Shown piece by piece: positions 12,963-25,726 of a stretch of DNA of 64,000 bases (position 1 is the stretch's first letter; each line of letters opens with the position of its first letter). A program made the position numbers and the translations under genes. This stretch comes from Tricharina praecox (lineage: Eukaryota): positions 248,001 to 312,000 of the forward strand of contig NW_026250417.1 of the NCBI RefSeq assembly GCF_024521635.1, written 5' to 3'. Under the pieces are notes generated by a model. It was not told where the DNA came from. It saw nothing but the letters and a program-made list of their open reading frames with translations, and made no database searches.

Positions 12963-13150
12963 GAAGAAGAAAAGAAGGAGGAGTGGGGAAAGGAGACGGG
13001 GTTTTATAGGTGTTCTAGGGGGTCGATTTCGCCGATAGGAAGTAGCTAGCTAGGGGTTTTAACCGAGTGACACGCAGTGTAGCCAAGCTAGCCAGCAGAA
13101 AACACCTATAAAACCCCCTTTCCCCCACCCACCATTTCCTTTTCTTCTTC

Positions 13151-13277
13151 ATACTTACCTTGATGCGACTTCGCTGGTTCAACTAGCAGCAAAGCTCCAG
13201 AGACACCCCCTCATTGCACAGCGAGAGTCGAGTGTCTCTGCGAAATATCTTCGGATGTTTCGGCGTCGCAATTTTTG
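13151..13277 (+). ncRNA. U1: U1 snRNA-like copy 4 (subtype A)
   Basis: All U1 motifs present; TATAAAA ~45 bp upstream. Confidence 0.85.
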
Positions 13278-14079
13278 ATTTCTTCTGGTTATCCGTCGGT
13301 TACTTGGGTGCTCAGTGAGGCCGAGGTGGCGAAGGATGATGATGGGATCTGCGGCGTGGTGTATGGGTTGTACACACTGTGAGTAAACCCAAGACAGCGC
13401 AGGCACTGTGAAAAGAAATACGGCAAACGTCTATAATGCTATAGTTTTTGGCACTGTGGTCTAAAATGCCATAGTTTTGAACAAAAAAGTCTGAAAACCA
13501 ACCACCGCTCAAACCCACCACCACCCACCATGTAAACCCACTGTCTCGAGCGATGGAAGAGCTGTCGGCGAGAGGAGAAAGTTGAAGAGGACTCCTGTCG
13601 GCCTGGAGTTGGCAAAGAGCCCTCGCAAAACCATCATTACTAAAACACCGTCTACTTGCCAATGCCTCTCTAGACCGGGAAGCGGGTCGACAGCGAGAAC
13701 ACACAAGGGGAGAGATGATATAGATGTTCATCGTCTATTCTGTAGACTATGAGAGAGAAAGAAGAAGAAGAAGTAGACGACGGAGAGGGCAGGCGTCTCG
13801 CTGGCCCCGCTAACGTTGATGTTCACTAAGTACTAACCACATCCGCTTCCTCCCACCGACAAATTATATCGCTGGGACCAGCCGGGGCGACGGGCAAGGG
13901 AAGCCACATGGCCCGCTCGACGAAAGCTGGGTTGGACAGTGGTGTGGAAATGGAGTGTGTAGGGGGCGGATATTGCCATGACCTGCCTTCGGAGCAAGAG
14001 GGAGTCCCCATAGACGTAACGTGTCTTCTTCGACGTCTCGGCCTCCCGAGGAGAGAGCCCAGCACCTTCAACGAAAACG

Positions 14080-14231
14080 CCTCCACCAAAGTGGAGGAAG
14101 ATATCAAAAATTGCGACGCCGAAACATCCGAAGACATTTCGCAGAGACACTCGACCCTCGCTGTGCAATGAGAGGGTGTCTCTAGAGCTTTGCTGATCTT
14201 TGAGCCAGCAAAGTCGCATCAAGGTAAGTAT
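14080..14231 (-). ncRNA. U1: U1 snRNA-like copy 5 (subtype A, intact 3' hairpin)
   Basis: All motifs plus a post-Sm hairpin CCUCCAC-UUUG-GUGGAGG (stem-loop IV equivalent); TATAAAA upstream. Confidence 0.88.
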
Positions 14232-15847
14232 GAAGAGGAAAAGAAAGAGGAGGAAGGGTGGCCGGGGACGGGGGGTTTTATAGGTGATTTTGGAGGGGTC
14301 GATTTCGCCGACGGGAAGTAGCTAGCGCGTAGTTAGGGCTTAGAACTTGAGCCACGTGCGGTTCGGTTGCTTTGTGGGTCCAACCGCCCCCACGCACGCT
14401 TTCTCACTCCAACTCTCTTCTCCTTCCTCCCAATCTCCAACATCAGCATGTGCACTCATCCACCTCAGCAGATGGTTCACCGTGCCTACCGTGGCCCTTG
14501 TTCTCCCCTCAGGTGAATTGACCCGCAGGACTGATGACTCCGAATCCTCGCGGCCGTGAGTCGTGACTGACTCTCTCCGTTTTGAGGGCATTAGGTGTCG
14601 GGAATCGCCACGTTCACGAGCCGGGAGGGTATATAATCATGGTAAAAGACAGCTGGAGGAGGCAGTGGTTCGTCAGACCCACTTATGTAGGTACACACTT
14701 AGGGGGTATAAATGGTAACAGAAACAGTTTTTGATTGGACCTGTAACCTGTATGTATACTTCGTCTCATCGTGTGATGCAGTATCCCGTGGTGTTGGATC
14801 CGAGGTGGTGGACCAACTACTTGCTCCCTATTCACTGGGAAACTGGTTGCAGTTCTGCATCGCAACATTGCGTAGGGGGTAGTATTGACACCTGTTGGAT
14901 AAGATGTATCTATCTACACCCATTTCTGCCAACCAAGATTTCGGCCTTGCAATTCCGAGCCGAGTGACAGGCTATGTCTACGAAATCGCATCGGGTGCCC
15001 TGGTACGACAGCTGACATGGACGGATGCAAGCCATGAAGTTGGGGACCTTGAATATTTCTCTACACTGCTTTGTCTTGGGTTCACTCGTAGAATGTACCA
15101 GGAACAGCCAATAAGCCGTGCCTCACCACCATTACGAATTATAAGCGCAAGGTGAGGCACCACTAACCCTTACACCCGAGTATCTACATGAAGAAAGTTA
15201 CGTCGCCACAGCCTGGCCAACTCAAAAGCCAGGGCGCGTAATGTGGAAAAAGCATGACACGCAATGGCTATTCGCAATGGACATTCGCAATGGCATACGC
15301 AACGGTCATACACAATGAGGGAAGAGAAAGCTCGGGATTTGGAAGACAGGTGTCTTTCTAGATAGCTCTGTATCTCTTGTTCGCTGTATATAAACCGTCT
15401 ATGTTGTCCGCTCTTTTTCTTTCTGAACCAAGTAGTCAGTCAATTCAATTTCTTGTTTCCCTCTCTCTCTACCTTCCATTGAGCGGCCTATTTGTGGATC
15501 GGGACGATTGGAGGGATGAGTTGTTGTTTAGGCGGGCGAACGATTGATTGATGATGGTGATGATGGTGATGATCTTGGTCTTGGTACAGATAGAAGGTAA
15601 ACAAGAGAGTCCCCCCTCCCCACCACTAGCCTGGAAACCGCTTACAAACAGATGTAACGCTCCACACCGTCCGTACGATCATACTTCCGCACCGCCCATC
15701 GACACTACATACCTCATACCTCATACAGCCAATACACCACACCACCGATCCTTCCTCTGTATAATACCATCATCCTTCGCCACCTCGGTCTCACTGAGCG
15801 CCCAAGTAACCGACGGAAAACGCCTTCATCAAAAAGAAGGAAGAAAT

Positions 15848-15975
15848 CAAAAATTGTGTTGCCGAAAGATCCGAAGATCATTCGCAGGGACTTGTGATTC
15901 TCGATGTGCAATGAGAACCTTATCCCTAGAGCTTTGCTGATTGTTGAGCCAGTAAAGTCGCATCAAGGTAAGTAT
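15848..15975 (-). ncRNA. U1: U1 snRNA-like copy 6 (subtype B)
   Basis: 5' arm, AUUGCAC loop, Sm site; TATAAAA upstream. Confidence 0.8.
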
Positions 15976-16064
15976 GAAGAAGAAAAGAAAAGAGGAGGAC
16001 GGAGGGGCGGGGAAGGGGGTTTTATAGGTGTTCTAGGGGAGTCAATTTCGCCGATTACCTACGT

Positions 16065-16412
16065 AGGGGCCTAGGGCTTGGAACTTGGAGCTTGAGAGCA
16101 GACGAGAAAGGAATCGAAGCTGGCCGGCCGACTTGCGAGCCGCGGGGTTGTCGGCTGCCAGCTTGCACAGCTGCTGTGTGTGGGACCCAGCGGAAACGAC
16201 GCCTTGGCGCGTCGTTTCAACCCGGAGCTGCGGACCTGGGTGAGACCGATGGCCAAGGAGTTGTGAACGGACTGGGGCTCGTTGAGACCAGCTCGGTTTG
16301 GAGTGTGACCGAGGGCGGAGAGGTTTGTTGTCATTCGGTTTGAGAGCGGGTCCTGTCTGAGCTGGGAGCGGGCATGGGAGATGCACGAGCGGCGAAATTT
16401 CGCCGACCTGGC
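16065..16412. repeat. ~350-bp module inside the U1 pair spacer; second copy (reverse complement) at ~51551-51890
   Basis: GGAACTTGGAGCTTGAGAGCAGACGAG...GGGAGATGCACGAGCGGCGAAATTTCGCCGACCTG matches the reverse complement of 51551-51890. Confidence 0.85.
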
Positions 16413-16802
16413 TAGACCAGATGTGGTGGGCGAAATGCTCGAGGGGGTCTTTTTTACTTTGTTGGCCGGTTGTTTGTTTTGTCATTGTCCGTCATCATCT
16501 GCGCATTCATATACTCATCTCGCCATTCAACTCGCGGGGTACTTGAGGTTCATCACCTGAAGAGCACAGGTGGCTCTTTTCTTTCATTGTCGTTTCTCTC
16601 TCTAGACAAATACAATCGGTCTTCTATATTATTAAACAAGGTTGTCTGAGGGTCATCACGTCTCCAGTGCTTCACTGCCCAAAGCACTGCCCGCTAATGC
16701 CTCCTCCATTTTGGCCGAGTGACACGTAGTGTAACCAAGCCTCCAGCAGAAAGCGCCTATAAAACCACCCCCTTCTCCGCTCACGGTTTCCTTTTCTTCT
16801 TC

Positions 16803-16928
16803 ATCTCACTGCATGCGGCTTTGCTGGCTCAAGAAGCAACGAAGCTCCAGCGGCAACACCTTCATGGCACAGCGAGGGGCGAGTGTCTCTGCGAAAGGGC
16901 TTCGGGCCTTTCGGCGTCGTAATTTTTG
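16803..16928 (+). pseudogene. U1: U1 snRNA-like copy 7, degenerate
   Basis: 5' arm replaced (ATCTCACTGCATGCGG), U1A loop AUGGCAC; Sm site and stem III retained. Confidence 0.75.
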
Positions 16929-17633
16929 ATTCTTCCTCCTTTTTGATGAAGGCGTTTTCGTTGATGGTGCTGGGCTCTCCTCAGGAGGCCGAGACTTCAA
17001 AGAAGACATGTTACATTGATGGGGACTTTCTCTTGCTCCGAAACTGTTTTTTGTTTACTGATTGATTGCATGCGACTTATCTAGATCATCGAATTATCCG
17101 CCCCGGTCATACATCCTCCCCTTTCCACGTCACTGTCCAGCTCGACTTTCATCGAGCGGCCCGATGTGGCTTCCCCTGCTTCTCCGCCCTGGCTTTTCTC
17201 GAAGATACATGTGAAGGAAATAAAGCTATGAAAAGAAAGGGAGGGAAAGTGGGAGTGGCCCCGGCTCCTCAACCTCGGCGCCCTCATTCTCCTTCTCCTC
17301 ACGCCTCCTCTCCACAATGTACCTATGCGAGGAGTTGGGTGGATTGAGTGGTATTTGGTTCGAGTATGTAGATTCGCATTGTTCAAGCGGGGCTTGGAAT
17401 CCAGCGCAAGGCCAAGCTCTCTCACATGTTATCACCCGCTCTACTCATGGTCCATCACTCCACAGCCCGATTGAATGTGATCTGCAGGGTCCGTTTTCAT
17501 CCCGCTCTTGGCAGCACGCCACAGCCCCTCCATCCACAGTTTTTCCGCGGCCATCCATCGCCACACCTCCGCACTGCAGTCTACCACTTCTCCCACGACC
17601 TCCACGACGACGACGACGCCAACGACCGCAACG

Positions 17634-18859
17634 ATGTCCCTCGAAGCCATCCGCTACCGCCGCGGCTCCCTCACGATCCTCGACCAGCTGCGGCTGCCGC
17701 ACGTCAGCGAGTACGTCACCATCAGCGACTGCCGTGATGCCTTCTCGGCGATTGAGCGAATGGTAGTCCGGGGGGCGCCCGCGATCGCCATCGTCGCCGC
17801 GCTCGCGCTGGCCGTGGAGCTATCCTGCAGCAAGATTGAGTACGCCAGCGGCGCGAAGATGGCGGACACCATCTGCGAGCGGCTCGAGTACCTCGTGGGG
17901 TCGCGGCCGACGGCCGTGAACCTTTCGGATGCGGCGCGGAAACTCAGCAAGGTTGCCAGGGACGCGGCGGAGGCGGGCGAGGGCCCCGAGCAGGTGAAGG
18001 AGCGCTATATTGTGGCCGCGGAGAAGATGCTGCAGGACGACGTCGAGGATAACAGGAACATTGGCGATCACGGCGCGAAGTGGATCTTGGACAATGTTAA
18101 CCACGGCGACCTGCACATGAAGCCCGTGTCGGTGTTGACGCATTGTAATACCGGGTGAGCTCCACTTAAGATGGTACATGATTGATGCTGGTCGGTGCTG
18201 ACGCGGGGCGGCGGTGGTGAAAAAGCTCCCTGGCTACCGCTGGCTACGGAACCGCCCTCGGCATCATCCGATCTCTACATGCCATGGAGTCGTTGCAGCA
18301 TGCCTACTGCACCGAAACGCGGCCGTACAACCAGGGATCGCGGCTCACAGCCTACGAGCTCGCGACGGACCTCCCGCAGGGGATGGCTACGCTCATCACG
18401 GACAGCATGGCGGCGTCGTTGTTGGGCCGGTACCAGCTCGCGGCGATCATTGTCGGTGCGGACCGCGTGGCGGCGAACGGTGACACGGCGAACAAGATCG
18501 GGACGTTCCAGCTCGCCATTGTTGCCAAGTATCATGGGGTCAAGTTTGTGGTTGCGGCGCCGACGACGAGCATCGATATGGGCACGGCCAGCGGTAATGA
18601 TATCTGCATTGAGCAGCGGCCGGCGCACGAGGTGCTCATGGTCACTGGCCCCGTGGTGACGACCAAGCCCGAGGGTGGTCTGAGTGTTGACGTGCAGTCG
18701 GTGGCGACGATTGCACCCGGCATGGCGGGTAGGATCGGTGTTTACAACCCGAGTTTCGACGTGACACCGAAGGACCTGATCGATGCAATTGTCACGGAGA
18801 AGGGTGTGATGGTGAAGAATGAGAACAATGAATTTGAGCTGGCCCAGCTTTTTGTATAG
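17634..18859 (+). CDS. MRI1: Methylthioribose-1-phosphate isomerase
   Basis: MSLEAIRY...[75 protein letters not shown]; one intron ~18155-18225. Confidence 0.97.
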
Positions 18860-19150
18860 ATACCACATGGCAGTAAGCAAGGGAGGGAGCCGAGAGCCCC
18901 GACACAATTTGGGGGGTGGGGGAGAAGTGTGCGGTTGGTTTCATGTGGTATCGCATTGATAGAACACCATTCTGCCTGGGCAGAGCTGAGTGAGTGAATG
19001 AGTTTGTGGTGTAATGTACACATTTGCGCGCTCCCGTCCCACACTCGCCAACAACCAACAACCAACAACCCCCCACTGCCACCCACCACCACCACCAACT
19101 GAAACCTCTACCGCATCACCGCCACTACAACCAGCACCACCGCCACATGC

Positions 19151-19833
19151 TTAAGCTCCGATGGCGTCCTTGTTCGAGGAGACATCGTCGGTGCCGTTGT
19201 TGCTGCCGTTGTTGTTGCTGCTGTTGCTGCTGCTGTTGCTGTTGCTGCCATCAGCAGGGGCCTGTTCCCTGGCCGCGCGCGCCTGCATATCGGTAGTTCG
19301 GGCGTTGGGATCTGGCGCATCGACATCGACATCGGCATCGTGTTCGTGCTCATCAAGGAATTCACCAATCTTGCTTTCGAGGGCGCGCAGCTGATTCTCG
19401 ATGAGGGTAACCTGCTGTTCGGCTCTGGTGGTTTGTTGCCGCAATGGCCAAAAACATCGCCAGCTTGTCGTCAACTAACCATAATTTTTTTTTACATACG
19501 GGTTACTTTTTGTTTCTTTTTTTGTTTTATGGGGGTAAAAGTTGGGGATTGGTTGGGGTGGGTTTGGTTGCGGGTAAAAAAAAGCCAGATCGAAAAGAAA
19601 CGAACCGGACCCAACTGGACTGAACTGGACTTAGTACTTACGCGGTGATGTCGAGGTAGGCCTGGTGCGATCGTGTCAGTTTATATGCTTACTCTGGAAT
19701 CGGGATTGGGATTTCGTTTCGTTTCGCTAGGTCTATCGGTGCGGGGTGTATGGAGGGGGAGGGGGGAAGCTGAACACACCTGCCCCATGTCTGCGTCACC
19801 GCCACTACGGCCGCCTCCGTTCTGTGCGGACAT
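19151..19833 (-). CDS. Small coiled-coil hypothetical protein, 3 exons (not recovered as one ORF in the track)
   Basis: Splices in frame as MSAQNGGGRSGGDADMGQ|AYLDITA|AEQQVTLIENQLRALESKIGEFLDEHE...; canonical GTGTGT/GTAAGT donors and CAG acceptors. Confidence 0.7.
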
Positions 19834-22800
19834 GGCTGATTGATTGACTGGTGGATGGATGGATGGATGAGCCGGAAGAGAAGTGAAGTTGTTGGCACGT
19901 TGTCTGTCTGTCCGTTACTGGGATCGACGGGGGGACGAAGTGCGAGTGCGGGAGGGAGATGGGTGGGCGGCGGGTGCGCGCGAGCTCTGGTGGTTACCGT
20001 GGTGGGGTTGGGTTGGGTTGGGTTGGGTTGGTGGGGTTGGGGTTCGGGTGGGGGGTTGGGGGTTTGGAGGTTTGTACGCAGGTGGAGGTGGAGGTCTCCG
20101 TGTGTCGTGTGTGTGCCTGGACGTGCGTGCGTGTGTCTGCGTGTGCGTTGAACAAGATGATGATGCTGATGATTGATGTGGTGGTACCTAGCCGGCGCGG
20201 ACGGACGGTGTATCGTAGGGCTGACCTTCTCCGACGATGGTCTTGCTGCTCGCTGGCTGCGTGGTACTACCTGGATGTTTCTACTTGTGGGCGACGAACC
20301 ACAATCACAGCCGCATGGCTGGCTGGCTGGACGGCTGGCTGGGGGGGACGGGATGATGGCGGCACTCTACTGTATCGACATCGACATCGCCATCGACATC
20401 GAGCCACCGAGTCTAGGGGCGCTTTTCTCGGGCTGAGATATGTAGGGTTGCCAGCAGCAGCAGCTGCTGCTGCTGCTGCTGCTGTGTGTTTTTCGTTAGT
20501 CATCCAGCGAGAGACCCTCGACGTGTGCGGGCAACTTATGAGACTGATTCAATTGACCAAGAAGCAACAAGAAAGAAAAGCAGCCTGTGATCTCCAGACT
20601 GAGCAACCTCAAAGTACCTCTGCGGTGTCGAATTACAGATGAGGGGAAATAATCGGAAAGCAGAACAAAACACGAATTGCATATAGCTCGAACGTTTGGG
20701 CACTAGGTACCATACCTAGTTCATCTTATCTTATCGGCCGCAACAGCTGGGGCCGATCGCGGACTGGTGCATTACTTCATCGGCCGTTGCTCATCGGACT
20801 TACTTCGAAGACCTTTGGATGATGCTTGAAGCTTCAACGTGCCGCGGTACTGCTGCTGCATGCAACGATAACAATAGCCGCTCTATGTAGCAGTTGCCAG
20901 TTGCCAGTTAGGCTAGGCATCCACTCACCGGGAATCCATCCACCCACACAGACACAGCCGGCTTCAAAGGGCAACTGTCCGTCCTGAGTCCTTAATCCTC
21001 ACCGAAGATGCCGCCCAGACAGGCGAAAGTCGAACGAAAACGAAAATAAATGAAAATGCACACCACATCGCAAACAGATGGGCAAAAAACAATTATGCAT
21101 GCGAATATCCCATCCACCACCCCACCATCTCCATGCCATCCACAATCCAGTGCGGCATCTTTCCCGGATTGATTGATTACTCTATGTAATGAATGCACCC
21201 ACCTATCTACTGTGGGACAGGTGTGATGGCGGGCAGACCCGATGCGGTGCGGTCGCCTCAACGTTGAAATGTTCTCTGTTGCTGCTTGTATGTATGTTCG
21301 TCTAGTCGGCCGGTCTCTCGTTCAACACATCAGACATTATCATCACCGCAGAGGTACTTTGAGGTTCTTGCTGCTTTTTAGTCAATTGGATCAGCCCCAT
21401 CGGTTGCCCGTACCCGTCGAGGGTCTCTCACCACCTACCTAAGCATGTACTTACATACGCAACCGCACTGCACTGCACTGCACCACACTGCACCACGCGA
21501 AACGCACGCATGCATGCACTCGCGGAAGATACGATATGTACCTTCTCTATCGACCGAGCTTCTCAGCGGTGTGTGTGTGTGTGTGTGTGTGGACCTCCGA
21601 CAACCCTTCTGGCCCGCGGAGATGCACCCCGTGGGCCGTAGCATTCCCATTCCCGGGTGCGATGCGCAGCCCCGGCGGTGCTTGCTGGTTCACCGTGCCG
21701 CCGGAGTCGGCACTTCGAGTTTGAGGCTGGCTGGCCAGGTCACGACATCACGTGTGTGCACGCACGGTGGAATCGTCGATGACCGCTGCTCCGACTCCGG
21801 CTTCGTTCGAAGCGCGATCGAGTCGAGCCCAAGCATTTCCATTTGGATTCCCGGTCGGCGCACTCGGAGTCACCCCCCACCCCCCGCCCCCACTACCCAG
21901 CTCGTATGTAGAGTACTGGTGTGCTTCCGATGTCGCCGTCCATTACGGTACATGCGTGCACCCCCCAATAGATATGTCTCCGGACGGGCGAGACGAGGCA
22001 TTCAGAATCTCGAATGCGATATGCATGTACGGTAGGTACGGTATGTACGGTATGTGGGCCGCTGCTCACTCGGGCGACATGGGACGGGTGGTGTCGAAAG
22101 GTAAAACGTGGAGGGCGAGGGAGCGAGAGAGAGGGACGACAAGGACCGTAGCGGGCTTTTGTACCTCACCGCTTTCCGTTGGGCGGCCTTAACCCCTCCG
22201 CCCTCCCCCCGCCCCCCGCCGGCCATGCCCCCCAGCTCGGTCGTGTGCATATGCGATATGCGATGCCGTGAGTGCCGGATGAAGTGCATACGGCAGTAAG
22301 TTGGAGCATCATCACTGGTTGCGGTTCAACGCCAAATCACATGACTCTGCTTCTTTCCTTACTCAGCACGTTCGGGATTCTTTTCCTTTTTTCCTTTTAT
22401 TCCTTTTCGCGAGACAAGACAGCTCCCGTCGCATCCAGTGAAACCGGCGATCACCACCCCCCGGAATCGATACATATGCCTGACCGACCACTTGGCTATG
22501 TACCAGTGACCACGCCCAAGCCGTTCTGCATCCGCACTACGCCGAGCTATGCTGCTTTGGCACGACCCCGAGATGCCCCAGTGTGACTTACCTAACAGCC
22601 ATGTTGCAGCCACTCTCTTAGTAAGTTGCTCAGCGTTCGTTCGCGCCGCCCCTCCGTCACCCCATCCCTCCCTCCGTCGTCCCCCGTCGCACCCCAATCC
22701 ATCCGTTCACGTGCTATGCGCGCAGTTGGCCGTGGCAGTCTCAGCACGGTGACAGAGTGCGTCACCGAGCGTCGTCCCTGTACGGTCCCTTTTCCACACT

Positions 22801-24125
22801 CCACTCTAGTCCATCCGCCTGTTCCTCGCGCGCTCCGTTACCCGGGCCTTTTTGGATGAGGAACATCCACCACCACCACCAACAACCACTACCACCACCA
22901 AAACCACCACCACCAGAACCACTACCACAACCACCACAACCACTCTCCCGATGTCGAATAGGGCAGTCGGGAGGAATATACCCATCCGGCTCGTAGAACC
23001 TGAAGTGCTCTCCATGTCCCAGCGTCAACCGGTAACCGCTGTTGTTGTTGGAGGGGGGGTAGCCGGCTTCCTCCTCGAAACCTGCACCTATCAAGATAAC
23101 CACAGGGAATACATACCATGTATACTCTACATACCGTACTTTAGATGAACAGGATTGCTATCCAAAAAAGCCACAGCCTTCTTCGTGGTGGTGGTGGTGG
23201 TGGTGGTGGTGGTGGTGGTGGTTGGCCGGCAAAGAAAGTTCGTTGGGCCAACGACGCCGAGGCCAGCGCGCCCACCTCCCGTTACCCAGCTAAACAGCCC
23301 CCTCCCCCTCCCTCTTGGGTCTTCTCTCTCTCTCTTCTCTCTCTCTCCAGGGCCTCAGCCCGTTCCCTGTCCTTCTTCGGCTCCATCGGCCAGGATTAAT
23401 GCTCAGAACTGCAAAGTGCTCGGAGAAGAAAGGCAAGGGCTACGCAGAAGGAATCAGAATGGAGCCCTGTGTTGGTGCTTGGCCTTCCGAGACTATACTA
23501 GTCACTCCACTGTGGAACCAGCAACGACAAGCGTCGCCCCGGTCATTGCGTCATGCTGCATAAACAGGATAATGGGGCTTCTCCCTGCCTCTTTTTTAAG
23601 GGAGGAACGACTTCTTCCATCCCCCGAGTGCGTCCACAGAGGGGGAGGGGGGGAGGGAGGGAGAGAGAGAGGGAGAAGAAGGAGAGCACGAAAAAAGTCT
23701 GCTGTCCCTTTCGGCTCGGCCGAATCAGGCCAGCAGCTGATGGGGCTGAGCGGCCGGCCAAGTCCAAAGTCTCGGTTTGGTCTCGGTTTGGACTCCGCCG
23801 TGTGCCTGAAAAGGCTGAGAGAGAGACGGAGAGAGCGAACACACACGCATCGGCCAAACGGGAGGAGGGGGGGTGGGTGTGAGCATTGTGAAGAAGGAGA
23901 GACGGAAGGAGGGAAGGAGGGAGTGAGGGACGGGAGGGGAGGGGAGAACACGAGAGAGGGAGGAGCGCCGCAATGACGCCGGCTTCACACGTCGGACGTC
24001 CGGCGGCACCACCACCACTACACCACCACTACCACCACCACCACCACCACCAGCAAAGCACCAGCACCAACACCAGCACCAGCACTTGCACCACAGGCAG
24101 AAGGGAAAGTGGCAGACCAGATGCA

Positions 24126-24222
24126 CCCTCCCTCCCTCCCTCCTCAGTCACCCTCCCTCCCTCAGTCACCCTCCCTCCCTCAGTCACCCTCCCTCCCTCC
24201 CTCCTCAATCACCCTCCCTCCA
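24126..24222 (+). repeat. ~18-bp minisatellite (CCCTCCCTCCCTCAGTCA)n
   Basis: 3-4 units, read directly. Confidence 0.8.
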
Positions 24223-25695
24223 ATTCGCTCCGCTCCACTCCACTTCTCTGCTGCCTCAATGCCCTCTCTCTTCTCCGAGCACTGGGGCGATTGGCGGTGG
24301 TTTATGTATCAAAATACGTAGACACAAGCAGGGTGAGGACATATCTACTCTATCTACTCTACTTAGGTATCTCCCTGGTATCTATGGCACACACTACTGT
24401 GGCAAGGACCGGCAGACTAGCCGGGGGAACGTCATTTCGCTTTCGAGGCGTCCGTCAAACGGTCTTCCTGGGTTTCGTTCGCTCTCTTCGATATGATCTC
24501 TCCCCGTTCAACCGTACCGTTTACCACGCATAACGTCCGCGACCCACGAGCGGACTGTCCACAAACCACAGAACACAGAACACAAACCACACACCCGCAT
24601 ACCACCCTACCCATCTGTCCATCGACGCCACTGCTACCATCATCCTCACTCGTCCCTCCTCCTCCACCACTACCACAATACCACAATACCACAACTACCA
24701 CCATCACCACCCCCTCCACCACCTCCTCCTCCTCCCCCACCACCTCCTCCCCTCCCGCCGCTCCCCTACCCCCCCTCCCACCTTACACGCATTAACCAAG
24801 TCCCAACCCTACTACGTACCCTGAACTGCCGGTGCCGTACCGACAACTAGCAATCCAGTAAACACCACACCCCCAGGGCGATCACAATAAATCTTGTGCC
24901 TCCCTTTCCCCCTTCGCAATCCAACCCGGCACGCAAACCCCAACACCCCCCCCCCCTCCCCTCCCACAATCTTCCCCGTGCTCGTTGCTGAGTGATCGAC
25001 ATCCGTCTGCCTCCTCCAGAAGTCGCTGTGCCAGTCTCACAAGTTTAAAACCGGTAACGATAATCCCGAATTTCCATCGGTTTCTGCTGCGGAAGCTGCC
25101 CCCCTCCCCCCCAAAACAGTACAAATCGTCGATCGCTGCAGCGTTGATAGCCTTCAATTCCGAAGATTCTGCTCTAAACCTCGATCCGCAGGACCTGCGT
25201 CAGTGCAAATACCTGCGTATGGGTAACTTCCGTGGGCAAAACGCGACCTTGTAAGGTACAAATCATCGTATCACGCAACTGTATCCACACTTGCCCAACC
25301 CCCCGCAGGTGCTGACTTGGGCCCCATAAACACTATTCCAGAAAAAGGAAACTCGTTATTAGCCAAAGGCTGCCCTTTTGAAAGCTGCCCGCTGCTGCCG
25401 CCTCTGCTCCGCTGCTGCTGCTGCTACTGCTGCTACTGCCACTGTTGCTGCCGTTACTACTGCCCGCTGCACCAGTTCTTTTCTTCTGCTGCTGCAACTG
25501 CTGCTGCGTGTGGCTTACTCTTGTAGTCTGGTTGTTTTCGGCGCTGTCTGTTCTGTCTCTGCCTATCCCCCTACTGAACCGTGGTTTGCTATCAGGCCGT
25601 GTCCCCCCCATCAGCCACTACTACTGTTGCTTCTGCTTCTTGTCTGCTTGCTGTCTTTGCATAGCGAGAAGAGACACAGAGACAGAGACACAGGG

Positions 25696-25726
<31 letters not shown>

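Noticed and set aside
16422-16638. Possible solo LTR (TGT...ACA, AT-rich end)
   Set aside because: No TSD, no second copy and no PBS or PPT visible
10875-17000. CRISPR-like array reading of the repeats
   Set aside because: Eukaryotic context, long units in both orientations, no regular repeat-spacer period and no cas genes
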